A stretch of 64,000 nucleotides of DNA, taken from assembly GCF_009914755.1 (NCBI RefSeq), contig NC_060930.1. One strand, written 5' to 3'. The position numbers and the translations under genes were made by a program. This stretch comes from the human T2T-CHM13v2.0 reference genome, Homo sapiens. Within the stretch, counting starts at the first letter, position 1. Each line of letters opens with the position of its first letter. Shown here in pieces: positions 13,235 to 27,643 of the stretch. The notes under the pieces were generated by a model. That model saw nothing but the letters and a program-made list of their open reading frames with translations, had not been told where the DNA came from and ran no database searches.

Positions 13235-16033
13235 GATACAGCAGTTTTGAAACACACTTTTCGTATAATCTGCAAGTGGATACTTGGAGCGTTTTCATGC
13301 CAATGGTAAAAAGGGAATTGTCTTCATATAAAAATCAGACAGACTTATTCTCAGAGACTTCTTTGTGATGTGTGCATTCAACTAACAGAGTTGAACTTTT
13401 CTTTTGATAGAGCAGTTTTGCAACACTCTTTTTGTAGAATCTGCAAGTGGATATTTGGAGTTCTTTGAGGCCTACGTTGGAAAAGGAAATATCTTCACGT
13501 AAAAACTAGAAAGAAACATTCTCAGAAACTTCTTTGTGATATGTGCATTCAATTCACAGAGTTGAAACTTCCTTTTGACAGGGCAGTTTTGAAACACTCT
13601 TTTTGTAGAATCTGCAAGTGGATATTTGGAGTGCTTTGACGCCTATGGTAGAAGAGGAAACATCTTCGTATAAAGACTAGACAGAAGCATTCTCAGAAAC
13701 TTCTTTGTGATATTTGAATTCAACTCACAGAGTTGAATATTTCTTTTAATAGAGCAGTTTTGAAACACTCTTTTTGTGGATTCTACAAGGGGATATTTGG
13801 ACCACTTTGAAGCCTTCATTGGAAATGGGTATATCTTCACATAAAAACCAGACAGAAGCATTCTCAGAAATTTCTTGTGAGGTGTGGATTCAACTCACAG
13901 TTTTGAACCTTTCTATTCATAGAGCAGTTTTGAAACACGCTTTTTGTAGAATCTGCAAGTGTATATATGGCTCCCTTTGAGACCTATGTTGGAAAAGGAA
14001 ATGTCTTCACATAAAAACTAGAAAGAATCATTCTCAGAAACTGCTTTTTGATGTATGCTTTCAACTCACAGAGTTGAATATTCCTTTTGATAGAACAGTT
14101 TTGAATCACTCTTTTTGTAGAATCTGCAAGTGGATATTTGGAGCGCTTTGAGGCCTTCTTTGGAAACGACAATATCTTCACATAAAAAGCAGACAGAAGT
14201 ATTCTTAGAAACTTCTTTGTGATGTCTGCACTCAACTCACAGAGTTGAACCTTCCTTTTGATAGAGCAGTTTTGAAACACTCTTTTGTAGAATTGCAAGT
14301 GGATATTTAGAGCGCTTTGAGGCCTATGGTAGAATAGAAAGTGTCTTCATATAAAAAGTAGACAGAAGCATTCTCAGAAACTACATTGTGATGTTTGCAT
14401 TCAACTCACAGAACTGAACATTTCTTTTGATAGAGCAGTTTTGGAACCCTCTTTTTGTGGAATCTGCAAGTGGATATATTGTTCTCTTTGAGGCCTATGT
14501 TGCAAAAGGAAATATCTTCATGTAAAAACTAGAAAGAAACATTCTCAGAAACTTCTTTGCTATTTGCGCATTTAGCTCACACAGTTGAACTTTTCTTTTG
14601 ATAGAGCAGTTTTGAAACACACTTTTTGTAGAATCTTAAAGTGGATATTTGGAGCGCTTTGAGGCCTACAGAAGAAAATGTAATATCTTCATATGAAAAC
14701 TAGACAGAAGCATTCTCAGAAACTTCTTTGTGATGTTTGCATTCAACTCACAGAGTTGAACATTCCTTTTGATAGAGCAGTTTTGAAACACTCTTTTTTT
14801 GGAATGTGAAAGTGGATATTTGGACCGCTTTGTGGCCTTCATTGGAAACGGGAATATCTTCACATAAAAATTAGACAGAGATATTCTCAGAAACTTCTTT
14901 GTGATGTCTGCATTCAACTCACAGATTTGAACCTTCCTTTTGATAGAGCAGTTTAGAAACACTCTTTTTGTAGTATTTGCAAGTGGATATTTAGAGCGTT
15001 TTTTGGTCTATTTTAGAATAGGAAATATCTTAATATAAAAACTAGACAGAAGCATTCTCAGAAACTACTCTGTGAAGTTTGCATTCAACTCACACAGCTG
15101 AACATTCCTTTTGATAGAACAGGTTTGTAACACTCTTTTTGTGGAATCTGCCAGTGCATAATTGGACCGCTTTGAGGCTTTCATTGGAAACAGAAATAAT
15201 TTCACATAAAAACTTGAAATAAACATTCTGAGAAAATCCTTTGTGATGTGTGCATTCAACTCACAGAGTAGAACCTTTCTTTTGATAGAGAAGTTTTGAA
15301 ACACACTTTTTTTAAAATGTGCAAGTGGATACATGGAGCGCTTTGATGTCAATGGTAAAAAGGGAATTATCTTCATATAAAAAGTAGATAGAACCATTCT
15401 CAGAGACTTCTTTGTGATGTGTGCATTCAACTCACAGAGTTGAACCTTCCTTTTTATAGAGCAGTTTTGAGACACTCTTTTTGTAGAATCTGCAAGTGGA
15501 CATTTCTTTCCTTTTGAAGCCTATGTTGGAAAAGGAATTATCTTCAGATAAAAACTAGAAAGAAACATTCTCAGAAACTTCTTTGTGATGCGTGTATTCA
15601 GCTCACAGAATTGAACCTTTCTTTTGATAGAGCAGTTTTGAAATACTCTTTTTGTAGAATCTGCAAGTGGATATGTGGCTCCCTTTGAAGACTATGTTGG
15701 AAAAGGAAATATCTTCACATAAACACTAGAAAGAATCATTCTCAGAAACTTATTTTTGATGGGTGCTTTCAGCTTACAGAGTTGAACCTTCCTTTTGATA
15801 GAGCAGTTTTGAAACACTCTTTTTGTAGAATCTTCAAGTGGGAATTTGGAGCGCTTGGAGGCCTGTGGAAGAAGAGGAAATATCTTCATATAAAAAGTAG
15901 ACAGAAGCATTCTGAGAAACTTCTTTGTGATGTTTGCATTCATCTCACAGAGTTGAACATTCCTTTTGATAGAATAGTTTTGTAACTCTCTTTTTGTGGA
16001 ATCTGCAAGTGGATATTTGGACCGCTTTGAGGC

Positions 16034-16050
16034 TTTCGTTGGAAACGGGA
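16034..16050 (+). other. CENP-B box (intact core)
   Basis: TTTCGTTGGAAACGGGA. Confidence 0.9.
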
Positions 16051-19000
16051 ATATCCTCACCTAAAAACCAGACAGAAGCATTCTCAGAAACCTCTTTGCA
16101 ATGTGTGCATTCAATTCACAGAGTTTAACTTTTCTTTTGATAGGGCAGTTTTGAAACACTATTTTTGTACAATCTGCTAGTGGATATTTGATTCCCTTTG
16201 AGGCCTAAGTTGGAAAAAGAATTATCTTCACGTAAAAACTAGAAAGAAACATTCTCAGAAATTTCTTTGTGATGTGTGCATTCAACTGACAGAGTTGAAA
16301 CTTCTTTTGATACAGCAGTTTTGAAACACTCTGTTGTAAAGTCTGCAAGTGGATATTTGGTGCGCCTTGAGACCTTCTTTGGAAACGAGAATATCTTCAC
16401 ATAAAAGATAGACAGAGGTAGTCTCAGAAACTTCTTTGTGATGTCTGCATTCAACTCACAGAGGTGAACCTTCCTTTTGATTGAGCAGTTTTGAAAGACT
16501 CTTTTTGTAGAATTTCCAAGTGGATATTTAGAGCACTTTGATGCCTATGGTAGAAAAGGAAATATCTTGATAGAAAAACTAGACAGAATCATTCTCAGAA
16601 ACTACTTTGTGATGTGTGCGTTCAACTCACAGAGTTTAACCTTTCTTTACATAGAGCAGTTTTGAAACACTCTTTTTGTAGAATTTGCATGTGGATATTT
16701 GGAACGCTTTGAGGCCTGTGGTAGAAAAGGAAATATCCTCATATAAAAACTAGGTAGAATGATTCTCAGAAACTACTATGTGATGTGTGCGTTCACCTCA
16801 CAGAGTTGAACATTCCTTTTGATAGAGCAGTTTTGTAACACTTTTTGTAGAATCTGCAAGTGTATATTTGGACCGCATGAAGGCCTTCGTGGGAAATGGG
16901 AATTTATTCAAATTAAAACTAGACAGATGAAGTCTCAGAAACTCCTTTTGATGTGTGCACTCAACTCACAGAGTTCAACCTTCCTTTGGAAAGAGCAGTT
17001 TTGAAACACTCTTTTTCTAGAATTTGCAAGTGGATATTTAGAGCGCTTTGAGGCCTATGGTGGAAAAGGAAATATCTTCATATAAAAATTAGACAGAATG
17101 ATTCTCAGAAACTACTTTGTGATGTTTGTGTTCTACTCACAGAGTTGAACCTTTCCTTTGATAGAGCAGTTTTGAAACACACTTTCTGTAGAATATGCAA
17201 GTGGATATTTGGACCGCTTTGAAGCCTTCGGTGGAAAAGGGAATATCTTCAAATAAAAAGTAGACAGAAGCATTCACAGAAACTTCTTTATGATGTGTGC
17301 ATTCAATTTAAATAGTTGAACTTTTCTTTTGATAGAGCAGTTTTGAAACACTCTTTTTTAGAATCTGCAAGTGGATAGGTGGCTCCCTTTGAGGCGTATG
17401 TTGGAAAAGGAAATATCTTCACATAAAAACTAGAAAGAATTATTCTCAGAAACTGCTTTTTGATATGTGCTTTCTACTCACAGAGTTCAACCTTCCTTTT
17501 CATAGAGCTGTTTTGAAACATTCTTTTTGTTGAATCTGCAAGTGGACATTTGGAGCACTTTGAGGCCTTCTTTGGAAACGGAAATATCTTCAAATAGAAA
17601 GTAGACAGAAGTATTCTCTGAAACTTCTTTGTGATGTCTGCACTCAACTCACAGATTTGAACATTCCTTTTGATAGAGCAGTTTTGAAACACTCTTTTTG
17701 AGGAATCTGCAAGTGGATATTTTGTTCCCTTTGAGGCCTTTATTGGAAAAAGAAATATCTTCACATAAAATCTAGAAAGAAACATTCTCAGAAACTTCTT
17801 TGTGATATATGCATTCAACTCATACAGTTGAACCTTCATTTTGATAGAGCAGTTTTGAAACACACTTTTTGTAGAATCTTCAAGTGGATATTTGGAGCGC
17901 TTTGGGGCCTATGGTAGAAAAGGAAATATCTACATATAACAAGTAGACAGAAGAATTCTAAGAAACTTCTTTGTTATGTTTGCATTCAACTCACAGAGTT
18001 GGACACTCCTTTTGATAGGGCAGTTTTGAAACATTCTTTTTGTGGAATCTGCAATTGGATATTTGGACCGATTTGAGGCCTTTGTTGAAAGGAGAATATC
18101 CTCACATAAAAAGCAAACAGAAGCATTCTCAGAAACTTCATTGCGATGTGTGCATTCAACGCACCGAGTTGAACTTTTCTTTTGATAGAGTAGTTTTGAA
18201 ACACTCTTTTTGTGGAATCTACAAGAAGATATTTGGACCGCTTTGAAGCCTTTGTTGGAAACGAGAATATCTTCCTATAAAAACCAGACAGAAGCATTCT
18301 CAGAAACTTCTTTGTGAGGTGTGCATTCGTCTCACAGACTTGAAACTTTCTATTCATAGAGCAGTTTTGAAACACTCTTTTTGTAGAATCCATAAGTTGA
18401 TATATGGCTCCCTTTGAGACCTATGTCGGAAAAGGAAATATCTTCAAATAAAAACGAGAAAGAAATATTCTCAGAAACTTCTTTTGATGTGTGCTTTCAA
18501 CTCGCAGAGTTGAAACTTCCTTTTGATAGAGCAGTTTTCAAACACTCTTTTTGTGGAATCAGCAAGTGGATATTAGATTCCTTTTGAGGCCAATGTTGGA
18601 AAAGGAATTATCTTCATATAAAAACTAGAAAGAAACATTCTCAGAAACTTCTTTGTCATTTGTGCATTCAACTCACAGAGTTGAACCTTCCTTTTGATAG
18701 AGTAGCTTTGAAACACTCTGTTTGTAAAGTCTGCAAGTGATTATTTGGAGCGCTTTGAGGCCTCTTTGGAAACGGGAATATGTTCACATAAAAAGTAGAC
18801 AGAAGTATTCTCAGAAACTCCTTTGCGATGTCTGCACTCAACTCACAGAGTGGAACCTTCGTTTTGATAGAGCAGTTTTGAAACACTATTTTTGTAGAAT
18901 CTTCAAGTGGATATTTGGAGCTCTTTGAGTCCTATGGTAGAAAAGGAAATATCTTCGTATAAAAACTAGACAGAAGCATTCTGAGAAACTTCTTTGTGAT

Positions 19001-22000
19001 GTTTGCATTCAACTCACAGAGTTGAACATTCCTCTTGATAGAACAGTTTTGAAACACACTTTTGGTGGAATCTGCATGTGGATATTTGGAAAGTTTTGAG
19101 GCCTTCGTTGGAAACAGAAATACCTTCACATAAAAACCAGACAGAAGAATTCTCAGAAACTTCTTTGCGTTGTGTGCATTCAACTCACAGAGTTGAAATT
19201 TACCTTTGACAGAGCAGTTTTGAAACACTCTTTTTGTAGAATATGCAAGTAGATATTTGATTCCCTCTGAGGCCTATGTTGGAAAAGGAATTATCTTCAC
19301 ATAAAAACTGGAAGGAAATATTCTCAGATACTTCTTTGTGATGTGTGCATTCAACTCACAGAGTTGAACCTTCCTTTGGTTAGAGCAGTTTTGAAACACT
19401 CTTTTTAAAAGTCTGCAAGTGGATATTTTGAGCGCTTTGAGGTCTTTTTGGGAAACAGGAATATCTTCACATAAAAAGTAGACAGAAGTATTCTCAGAAA
19501 CTTATTTGTGATGTCTGCACTCAACTCACAGAGTTGAACCTTCCTTTTGATAGAGCAGTTTCAAAACACTCTTTTTGTAGAATTTGCTAGTGTGTATTTA
19601 GAGGGCTTTGAGGTCTATGGTAGAAAAGGAAATTTCTTCACAGAGAAACTAGACTGAATCATTCTCAGAAACTACTTTGTGATGTGCGCTTTCAGCTCAC
19701 AGAGTTTAACCTTTCTTTTGATAGAACAGTATTGATACACTGTTTGTAAACTCTGCAAGTAGATATTTCGAGCGCTTTGAGGGTTCTTGGGAAACGGGAA
19801 TATCTTCACATAAAAAGCAGACAGAAGTATTCTCAGAAACTTCTTTGCGATGTCTGCACTCAACTCACAGAGTTGAACCTTCCTTTTGATAGATCAGTTT
19901 TGAAACACTCTTTTTGTAGTATTTGCAAGTGGATATTTAGAGTGCTTTGAGGCCTATGGTAGGAAAGGAAATTTCTTCCTATAAAAACTAGACAGAATCA
20001 TTCTCAGAAACTACTTTGTGATGTGTGCGTTCAAATCACAGAGTTTAAACTTTCTGTTGATTGAGCAGTTTTGAAGCACTCTGTAAAGTCTGCAAGTGAA
20101 TATTTGGAGCACTTTGAGGCCTTCTTTGGAAATGGGAGTACCTTCATATAAAATGTAGACAGAAGTATTCTTAGAAACTTCTTTGTGATGTCTGCACTGA
20201 ACACAGAGAGTTGAACCTTCCTTTTGATAGTGCAGTTTTGAAACACTCTTTTTGTAGAATTTGCAAGTGGATATTTAGAGGGCTTTGGGGCCTATGGTAG
20301 AAAAGGAAATATCTTCATAGAAAAACTACACAGAATCATTCTCAGAAACTACTTTGTGATGTTTGCATTCAACTCACAGGGTTTAACATTCCTTTTGATA
20401 GAGCAGTTATTTAACACTCTTTTCGTAGCAACTGCATGTGGATATTTGGACCTCTTTGAGGCCTTCTTTGGAAACGGGAATTTCTTCTATAAAAACTAGA
20501 CAGAAGAATTCTCAGAAACTTCTTTGTGATGTGTACATTGAACTCAGAAAGTTGTACCTTCCTTTCGATAGAGGAGTTTTCAGACACTCTTTTTGTACAA
20601 TTTCCAAGTGGAAATTTAGAGCGCTTTGAGGCCAATGGTAGAAAAGGAAATATCTTCATATAAAAACTAGACAGAATCATTCTCAGAAACTACTTTGTGA
20701 TGTGTGCGTTCAACTCACAGAGTTTAACCTTTCTTTTGATAGAGCAGTTTTGAAACACTCTTTTTGTAGAATTTGCTAGTGTGTATTTAGAGGGCTTTGA
20801 GGCCTATGATAGAAAAGGAAATATCTTCACATAAAAACTAGACAGAAGCATTCTCGGAAACTACTTTGTGATGTTTGCATTGAACTCACAGAGTTGAACA
20901 TTCCTCTTGATAGAGCCGTTTTGAAAAAATCTTTTTGTAGAATCTGAAAGTGGATATTTGGACCTCTTTGAGGCCTTCGTTGGAAAGAGGATTCCTCATA
21001 TAAAACTAGACAGAAGAATTCTCAGAAACTTCTCTGTGATGTGTGCATTCAGCTAACAAAGTTGAACCTTCCTTTCAATAGAGCAGTTTTGAAACACTCT
21101 TTTTGAAGAATTTCCAAGTGAACGTTTAGAGCACTTGGAGGCCTACGGTAGAAAAGGAAATATCTTCATATAAAAACTAGACAAAATCATTCTCAGAAAC
21201 TACTTTGTGATGTTTGCATTCAACTCACAGAGTTCAACTTTCCTTTCGATAGAGCAGTTTTGAAACACTCTTTTTGTAGAATCTGCAAGTGGATATTTGG
21301 ATCTCTTTGAGGCATTAGAAGGAATCGGAAATATCTTCACATAAAAACTAGACAGAAGAATTCGCAGAAACATTTTGAGATGTGTGCATTCAAGTCATAG
21401 AGTTGAACCTTCCTTTTGATAGAGCAGTTTGGAAACACTCTTTTTGTAGAATTTCCGAGTGGATATTTAGAGCGCTTTGAAGTGTATGGTAAAAAAGGAA
21501 ATATCTTCATATAAAAAATAGTCAGAATCATTCTCAGAAACTACTTTGTGATGTGTGCGTTCAACGCATAGAGTTTAACATTTCTTTTGATAGAGCAGTT
21601 TGGAAACACTCTTTTTGTGTAGTCTGCAAGTGGATATGTGGAGCGCTTTGAGACCTTCTGTGGAAACGGGGGTATCTTCACATAAAAAAAAGACAGAAGT
21701 ATTCTCAGAAAGTTCTTCGTGATGTCTACACTCAACTCACAGAGTTGAACCTTCTTTTTGATAGAGCAGTTTTGAAACACTCTTTTTCTAGAATTTGCAA
21801 GTGGATATTTCAAGCGCTTTGAGGCCTATGGTAGAAATTGAAATACTTTCATATAAAAACTAGACAGAATAATTCTCAGAAACTACGTTGTGATGTGTGA
21901 GTTCAACTCACAGAGTTTATCCTTTCTTTTAAAAGAGCAGTTTTGAAACACTCTTTTTGTAGTATTTGCAAGTGTATATTTAGAGTGTTTTGAGGCCTAT

Positions 22001-22677
22001 GGTAGAAAAGGAAATATCTTCACAGAAAAAATATACAGAAGTATTCTGACAAACTACTTTTGATGTTTGCATTCAACTCACAGAGTTGAACATTCCTCTT
22101 GATAGAGCATTTTTAAAACACTCTTTTTGTAGAATCAGCAAGTGGATATTTGGACCTTTTTGAGGCCTTCTTTGGAAACGGGATTTCTTCATATAAAACT
22201 AGAGAGAAGAATTCTCAGATACTTCTTTGTAATGTGTGTATTGAACTCACAGGGTTGAAACTTCCTTTCGATAGAGCAGTTTTGAATCCCTCTTCTTGTA
22301 GAATTTCCAAGTGAATATTTAGAGCTCTTGGAGGCCTGTGGTAGAAAAGGAAATATCTTCATATAAAAACTAGACAGAATCATTCTCAGAAACTACTTTG
22401 TGATGTGTGCGTTCAACTCACAGTGTTTAACCATTCCTTTGGTAGAGCAGTTTTGAAACACTATTTTTTTAGAATTTGCAATTGTGTATTTAGAGGGCTT
22501 TGAGGCCTATGGTAGAAAAGGAAATATGATCATATGAAAACTAGACAGAAGCATTCTCAGAAACTACTTTTTGATGTTTGCATTCAACTCACAGAGTTCA
22601 ACATTCCTTTTGATAGAGCACGTTTGAAATACTCTTTTTGTAGAATCTGCAAGTGGATATTTGGACCTCTTTGAGGC

Positions 22678-22694
22678 CTTCGTTGGAAACGGGA
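22678..22694 (+). other. CENP-B box (canonical)
   Basis: CTTCGTTGGAAACGGGA. Confidence 0.92.
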
Positions 22695-25600
22695 AATTTT
22701 CACATAAAAACTAGACAGAAGAATTCTCCAAAACTTTTTGCGATGTGTGCATTCAACTCACAGAGTTGAACCTTCCTTTTGATAGAGCAGTTTTGAAAAA
22801 CTCTTTTTGTAGAATTTCCAAATGTATATTTAGAGCGATTTGAAGCCAATGGTAGAAAAGGAAATATCTTCATATAAAAACTAGACAGAATCTTTCTCAG
22901 AAACTACTTTGTGACGTGTGCATTCAACTCACAGAGTTTAACCTTTCTTTTGCTAGAGCAGTTTTGAAACACTCTGTTTGTAAAGTCTGCAAGTGGATTT
23001 TTGGAAAGCTTTGAGGCTTTCTTTGGAAACGGTAATATCTTTACATAAAAGGTAGACAGAAGTATTCTCAGAAACTTCTTTGTGATGCCTGCATTCAACT
23101 CAGAGAGTTGATCCTTCCTTTTGATAGAGCAGTTTTGAAACACTCTTTTTGTAGAATTTCCAAGTGGACATTTAGAGCACTCTGTGGCCTATGGAAGAAA
23201 AGGAAATAGCTTCATATAAAAACTAGACAGAATCATTCTCAGAAACTGCTTAGTGTTGTATGTTTTCAACTCACAGAGTTTAAGCTTTCTTTTGATAGAG
23301 GAGTTTTGAAACACTCTTTTTGTAGAATTTGCAGGTGTATATTTAGAGCGCTTGAAGGCCTATGGTAGAAAGGGCAATATCTTCACATAAAAACTAGACA
23401 AAAGCATTCTCAAAAAGTACTTTGTGATGTTTGCATTCAACTCACAGAGTTCAACATTCCCTTTGATAAAGCAGTTTTGAAACACTCTTTTTGTAGAATC
23501 TGCAAGTTGACACTTGGACTTCTTTGAGGCCTTCATTGGAAAGGGGAATTTCTTCACGTAAAAACTAGACAGAAGAATTCTCAGAAACTTTTTGTGATGT
23601 GTGCATTCAACTCATAGAGTTGAACCTTGCTTTTGTTAGAGCAGTTTTGAAACATTCTTTTTGTAGAATTTGCAAGTGTATATTTAGAGCGCTTTGAGGC
23701 ATATGGTGGAAAAGGCAATATCTTCACATAAAAACTAGACAGAAGCACTGTCAGAAACTACTTTGTAATATTTGCATTCAACTCACAGAGTTCAACATTC
23801 GCTTTGATAGAGCAGTTTTTGAAACACTCTTTTTGTAGAAACTGCAAGAGTATATTTGGACCTCTTTGAGGCCTTCGTTGGAAAGGGGAAATTCTTTACA
23901 AATAAACTAGACAGAAGAATTCTCAGAAATTACTTTGTGATGTGTTCATTCAACTCACAGATTTGAGCCTTCCTTTTGATAGAGCAGTTTTGAAACCCTC
24001 TTTTTATAGAATTTCCAAGTGAATATTTGGAGCGCCTGGAGGCCTGCGGCATAAAAAGAAATATCATCATAGAAAAACTAGAAAGAATCATTCTCAGAAA
24101 CTACTTTGTGATGTGTGAGTTTAACTCACAGAGTTTAACATTTGTTTTGATAGACCAGTTTTGAAACGCTCTTTTTGTAGAATTTGCTGGTGTGTTTTTA
24201 GAGGACTTTGAGGCCTAAGGTAGAAAAGGAAATTTCTTCACAGAAAAACTAGACGGAATCATTCTCAGAAACTACTTTGTAATGTGTGCTTTCAGCTCAC
24301 AGAGTTTAACTTTTCTTTTGATAGAACAGCTTTGAAACACTGTGTTTGTATTCTCTGCAAGTGGATATTTGGAGCGCTTTGAGGCCTTCTTTGGAAACGG
24401 GAATATCTTCACATAAAAATTAGACAGAAGTATTCTCAGAAACTTCTTTGGGATGTCTGCATTCAACTCACAGAGTTGAACCTTCCTTTTTATAGAGCTG
24501 TTTTGATACACTCTTTTTGTAGAATTTGCAAGTGGATATTTAGAGCGCTATGGGGCCTATGGTAGAAAAGGAAATATCTTCATAGAAAAACTACACAGAA
24601 TCATTCTCGGAAACTACTTTGTGATGTTTGCATTCAACTCACAGAGTTGAGCATTCCTTTTGATAGAGCAGTTTTATAACACTCCTTTTGTAGCATCTGT
24701 ATGTGGATATGTGGACCTCTTTGAGGACTTCTTTGGAAACGGGAATTTCTTCTATAAAAACGAGACAGAGGACTTCTCAGAAACTTCTTTGTGATGTGTG
24801 CATTGAACTCAGGGTGATGAACCTTCCTTTCGATACACGAGTTTTGAAACACTCTTTTTGTACAATTTCCAAGTGGAAATTTAGAGCGATTTGTGGCCTA
24901 TGGTAGAAAATGAAATATCTTCATATAAAAACTAGAGAGAATAATTCTCAGTAACTACTTCGTGATGTGTGCATTCAACTCACAGAGTTTAACATTTCTT
25001 TTGATAGAGCAGTTTTGAAACACTCTTTTTGTAGAATTTGCAAGTGGATATTTAGAGCACTTTGAGGCCTATGGCATAAAAGGAAATATCTTCACATAAA
25101 AGCTAGACAGAAGCATTCTCAGAAACTACTTTTTGATGTTTGATTAAACTCACAGAGTTGAACATTGTTCTTGATAGAGCAGTTTTGAAACACTTTTTTT
25201 GTAGAATCTCCAAGTGGATATTTGGACCTCCTTGAGGCCTTTGTTGGAAACGGGAATTCTTCATATAAAACTAGACAGAAGAATTCTCAGAAATTTCTTT
25301 GTGATGTGTGCATTCAACTAACAGAGCTGAACCTACCTTTCGATAGAGCAGTTTTGAAAAACTCTTTTTGTAGAATTTCCAAGTGAATGTGTAGAGTGCT
25401 TGGAGGCATATGGTAGAAAAGGAAATATTTTCATATAAAAACTAGACAGAGTCATTCTCAGAAACTACTTTGTGATGTGTGCATTAAACTCACCGAGTTT
25501 AACTGTTGTTCTGATAGAGCAGTTTTGAAACACTCTTTTTGTAGAATTTGCAAGTGTGTATTTAGAGGGTTTTGAGGCCTCTGGTATAAAAGCAAATATA

Positions 25601-27626
25601 TTCACATAAAAACTAGACAGAAATGTTCTCAGAAACTACTTTGTGATGTTTGCATTCAACTGAGAGAGTTCAACATTCCTTTTGATAGAGCACGTATGAA
25701 ACACTCTTTTTGTTGAATCTGCAAGTGGATATTTGGACCTCTTTGGGGCCTTCTTTGGAAACGGTAATTTTTTCACATGAAAAGTAGACCGAAGAATTCT
25801 CCGAAACTTTTTGGGGTGTGTGCGTTCATCTTACAGAGTTTAATCTTTCTTTTGATAGAGCAGTTTTGAAACACTCTGTTTGTAAATTCTGCAAGTGGAT
25901 ATTTGGAGGGCTTTGAGGCCTTATATGGAAACGGGAATATCTTCACATAAAAAGTAGACAGAAGTATTCTCAGAAACTTCCTTATGATGTCTGCACTCAA
26001 CTCACACAATTGAACCTTCCTTTTGATAGAGCAGTTTTGAAACACTCTTTTTGTAGAATTTACAAGTGCATATGTAGAGCGCTTTGAGGCCTATGGCAGA
26101 AAAGGAAATCTATTCATATAAAAACTAGACAGAATCATTCTCAGAAACTACTTTGTGATGTATGCATTCAACTCACAGAGTTTAAACTTTATTTGATAGA
26201 GCAGCTTTGAAACACTCTTTTTATACAATTTGCAATTGTATATTTAGAGCGCTTTGAGGCCTATGGTAGAAAAGGAAATATCTTCACATAAATACTAGAC
26301 AGAAGCATTCTCAGAAACTACTTTGTGATGTTTCAATCCAACTCACAGATTTGAACATTGCTCTTGATAGAGCAGTTTTGAAACACTCTTTTTGAAGAAT
26401 CTGCAAGTGAATTTTTGGACCACTTTTAGGACTTCATTGGAAACAGGATTTCTTCATATAAAACTAGACAGAAGAATTCCCAGAAACTTCTTTGTGGTGT
26501 GTGCATTGAACTCACAGATTTGAACCTTCCTTTCGATAGAGCAGTTTTGAGACACTCTTTTTGTAGAATTTCCAAGTGAATATTTAGAGAGCTTGGAGGT
26601 CTATGGTAGAAAAGGAAATATCTTCATATAAAAACTAGACAGAATCTTTCTCAGAAACTACTTTGTAATGTGTGCGTTCAACTGACAGTGTTTAAGCTTT
26701 CTTTTTATAGAGCAGTTTTGAAACACTCTTTTTGTAGAATTTGCAAGTGTGTATTTAGCGGGCTTTGAACCCTATGGTAGAAAACGAAATATCTTCATAT
26801 AAAAACTAGACAGAATCATTCTCAGAAACTACATTGTGATGTGTGCATTGAACTCACAGAATTTAACCTTTCTTTTGATAGAGCAGTTTTGAAACACCCT
26901 GTTTGTAAAGTCTGCAAGTGGATTTTTGGAGCGCTTTGAGGCCTTCCTTGGAAACGGGAATATCTTCACATAAAAATTAGATAGAAGTATTCTCAGAAAC
27001 TTCTTAGTTATGTCTGCACTCAACTTACAGAGTTGAACCTTCCTTTTGTTAGAGCAGTTTTGAAACATTATTTTTGTAGAATTTGCAAGTGGATATTTTG
27101 AGCGCTTTGAGGCCTATGGTAGAAAAGGATATCACTTCATGTAAAACCTAGACAGAATCATTCTCAGAAACTACTTTCTGATGTGTGCGTTCAAGTCACA
27201 GTGTTTAAACTTTCTTTTGATAGAGCAGTTCTGAAAGACTCTGTTTGAAAAGTCTGCAAGTGGACATTTGTAGCGCTGTGAGGCCTTATTTGGAAACGGA
27301 ATTATCTTCACATAAAAAATAGACAGAAGTATTCTCAGAAACTTCTTTGTGATGTCTGCACTCACCTCACAGATTTGAACCTTCGTTTTGATAGAGAAGT
27401 TTTGAAACACTCTTTATGTAGAATTTGCAAGTGGATATTTAGACAGCTTTGGGGCCTATGGTAGAAAAAGGAATATCTTCATAGAAAAACTAGACAGAAG
27501 CATTCTCAGAAACTACTTTGTAATGTTTGCATTCAACTCACAGAGTTGAACATTCGTTTTGATAGAGCAGTTTTGTAACACTCTTTTTGTAGAATCTGCA
27601 AGTGGATATTTGGACTTCTTTGAGGC

Positions 27627-27643
27627 CTTCGATGAAAACGGGC
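27627..27643 (+). other. CENP-B box (intact core, variant)
   Basis: CTTCGATGAAAACGGGC retains the nine core bases. Confidence 0.8.

Larger units (their letters stand above)
13222..19650 (+). repeat. Alpha satellite, irregular A/B monomer mix (SF5 R1/R2-like transition zone)
   Basis: ~171-bp units with A boxes, mostly degenerate B boxes, and CTAYGTTGGAAAAGG boxes. Local markers GGCTCCCTTTGA and AACTAGAAAGAA(A/T)CATTC fade out after ~19.3 kb. The satellite call is certain; the family label and boundary are inferred. Confidence 0.8.
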
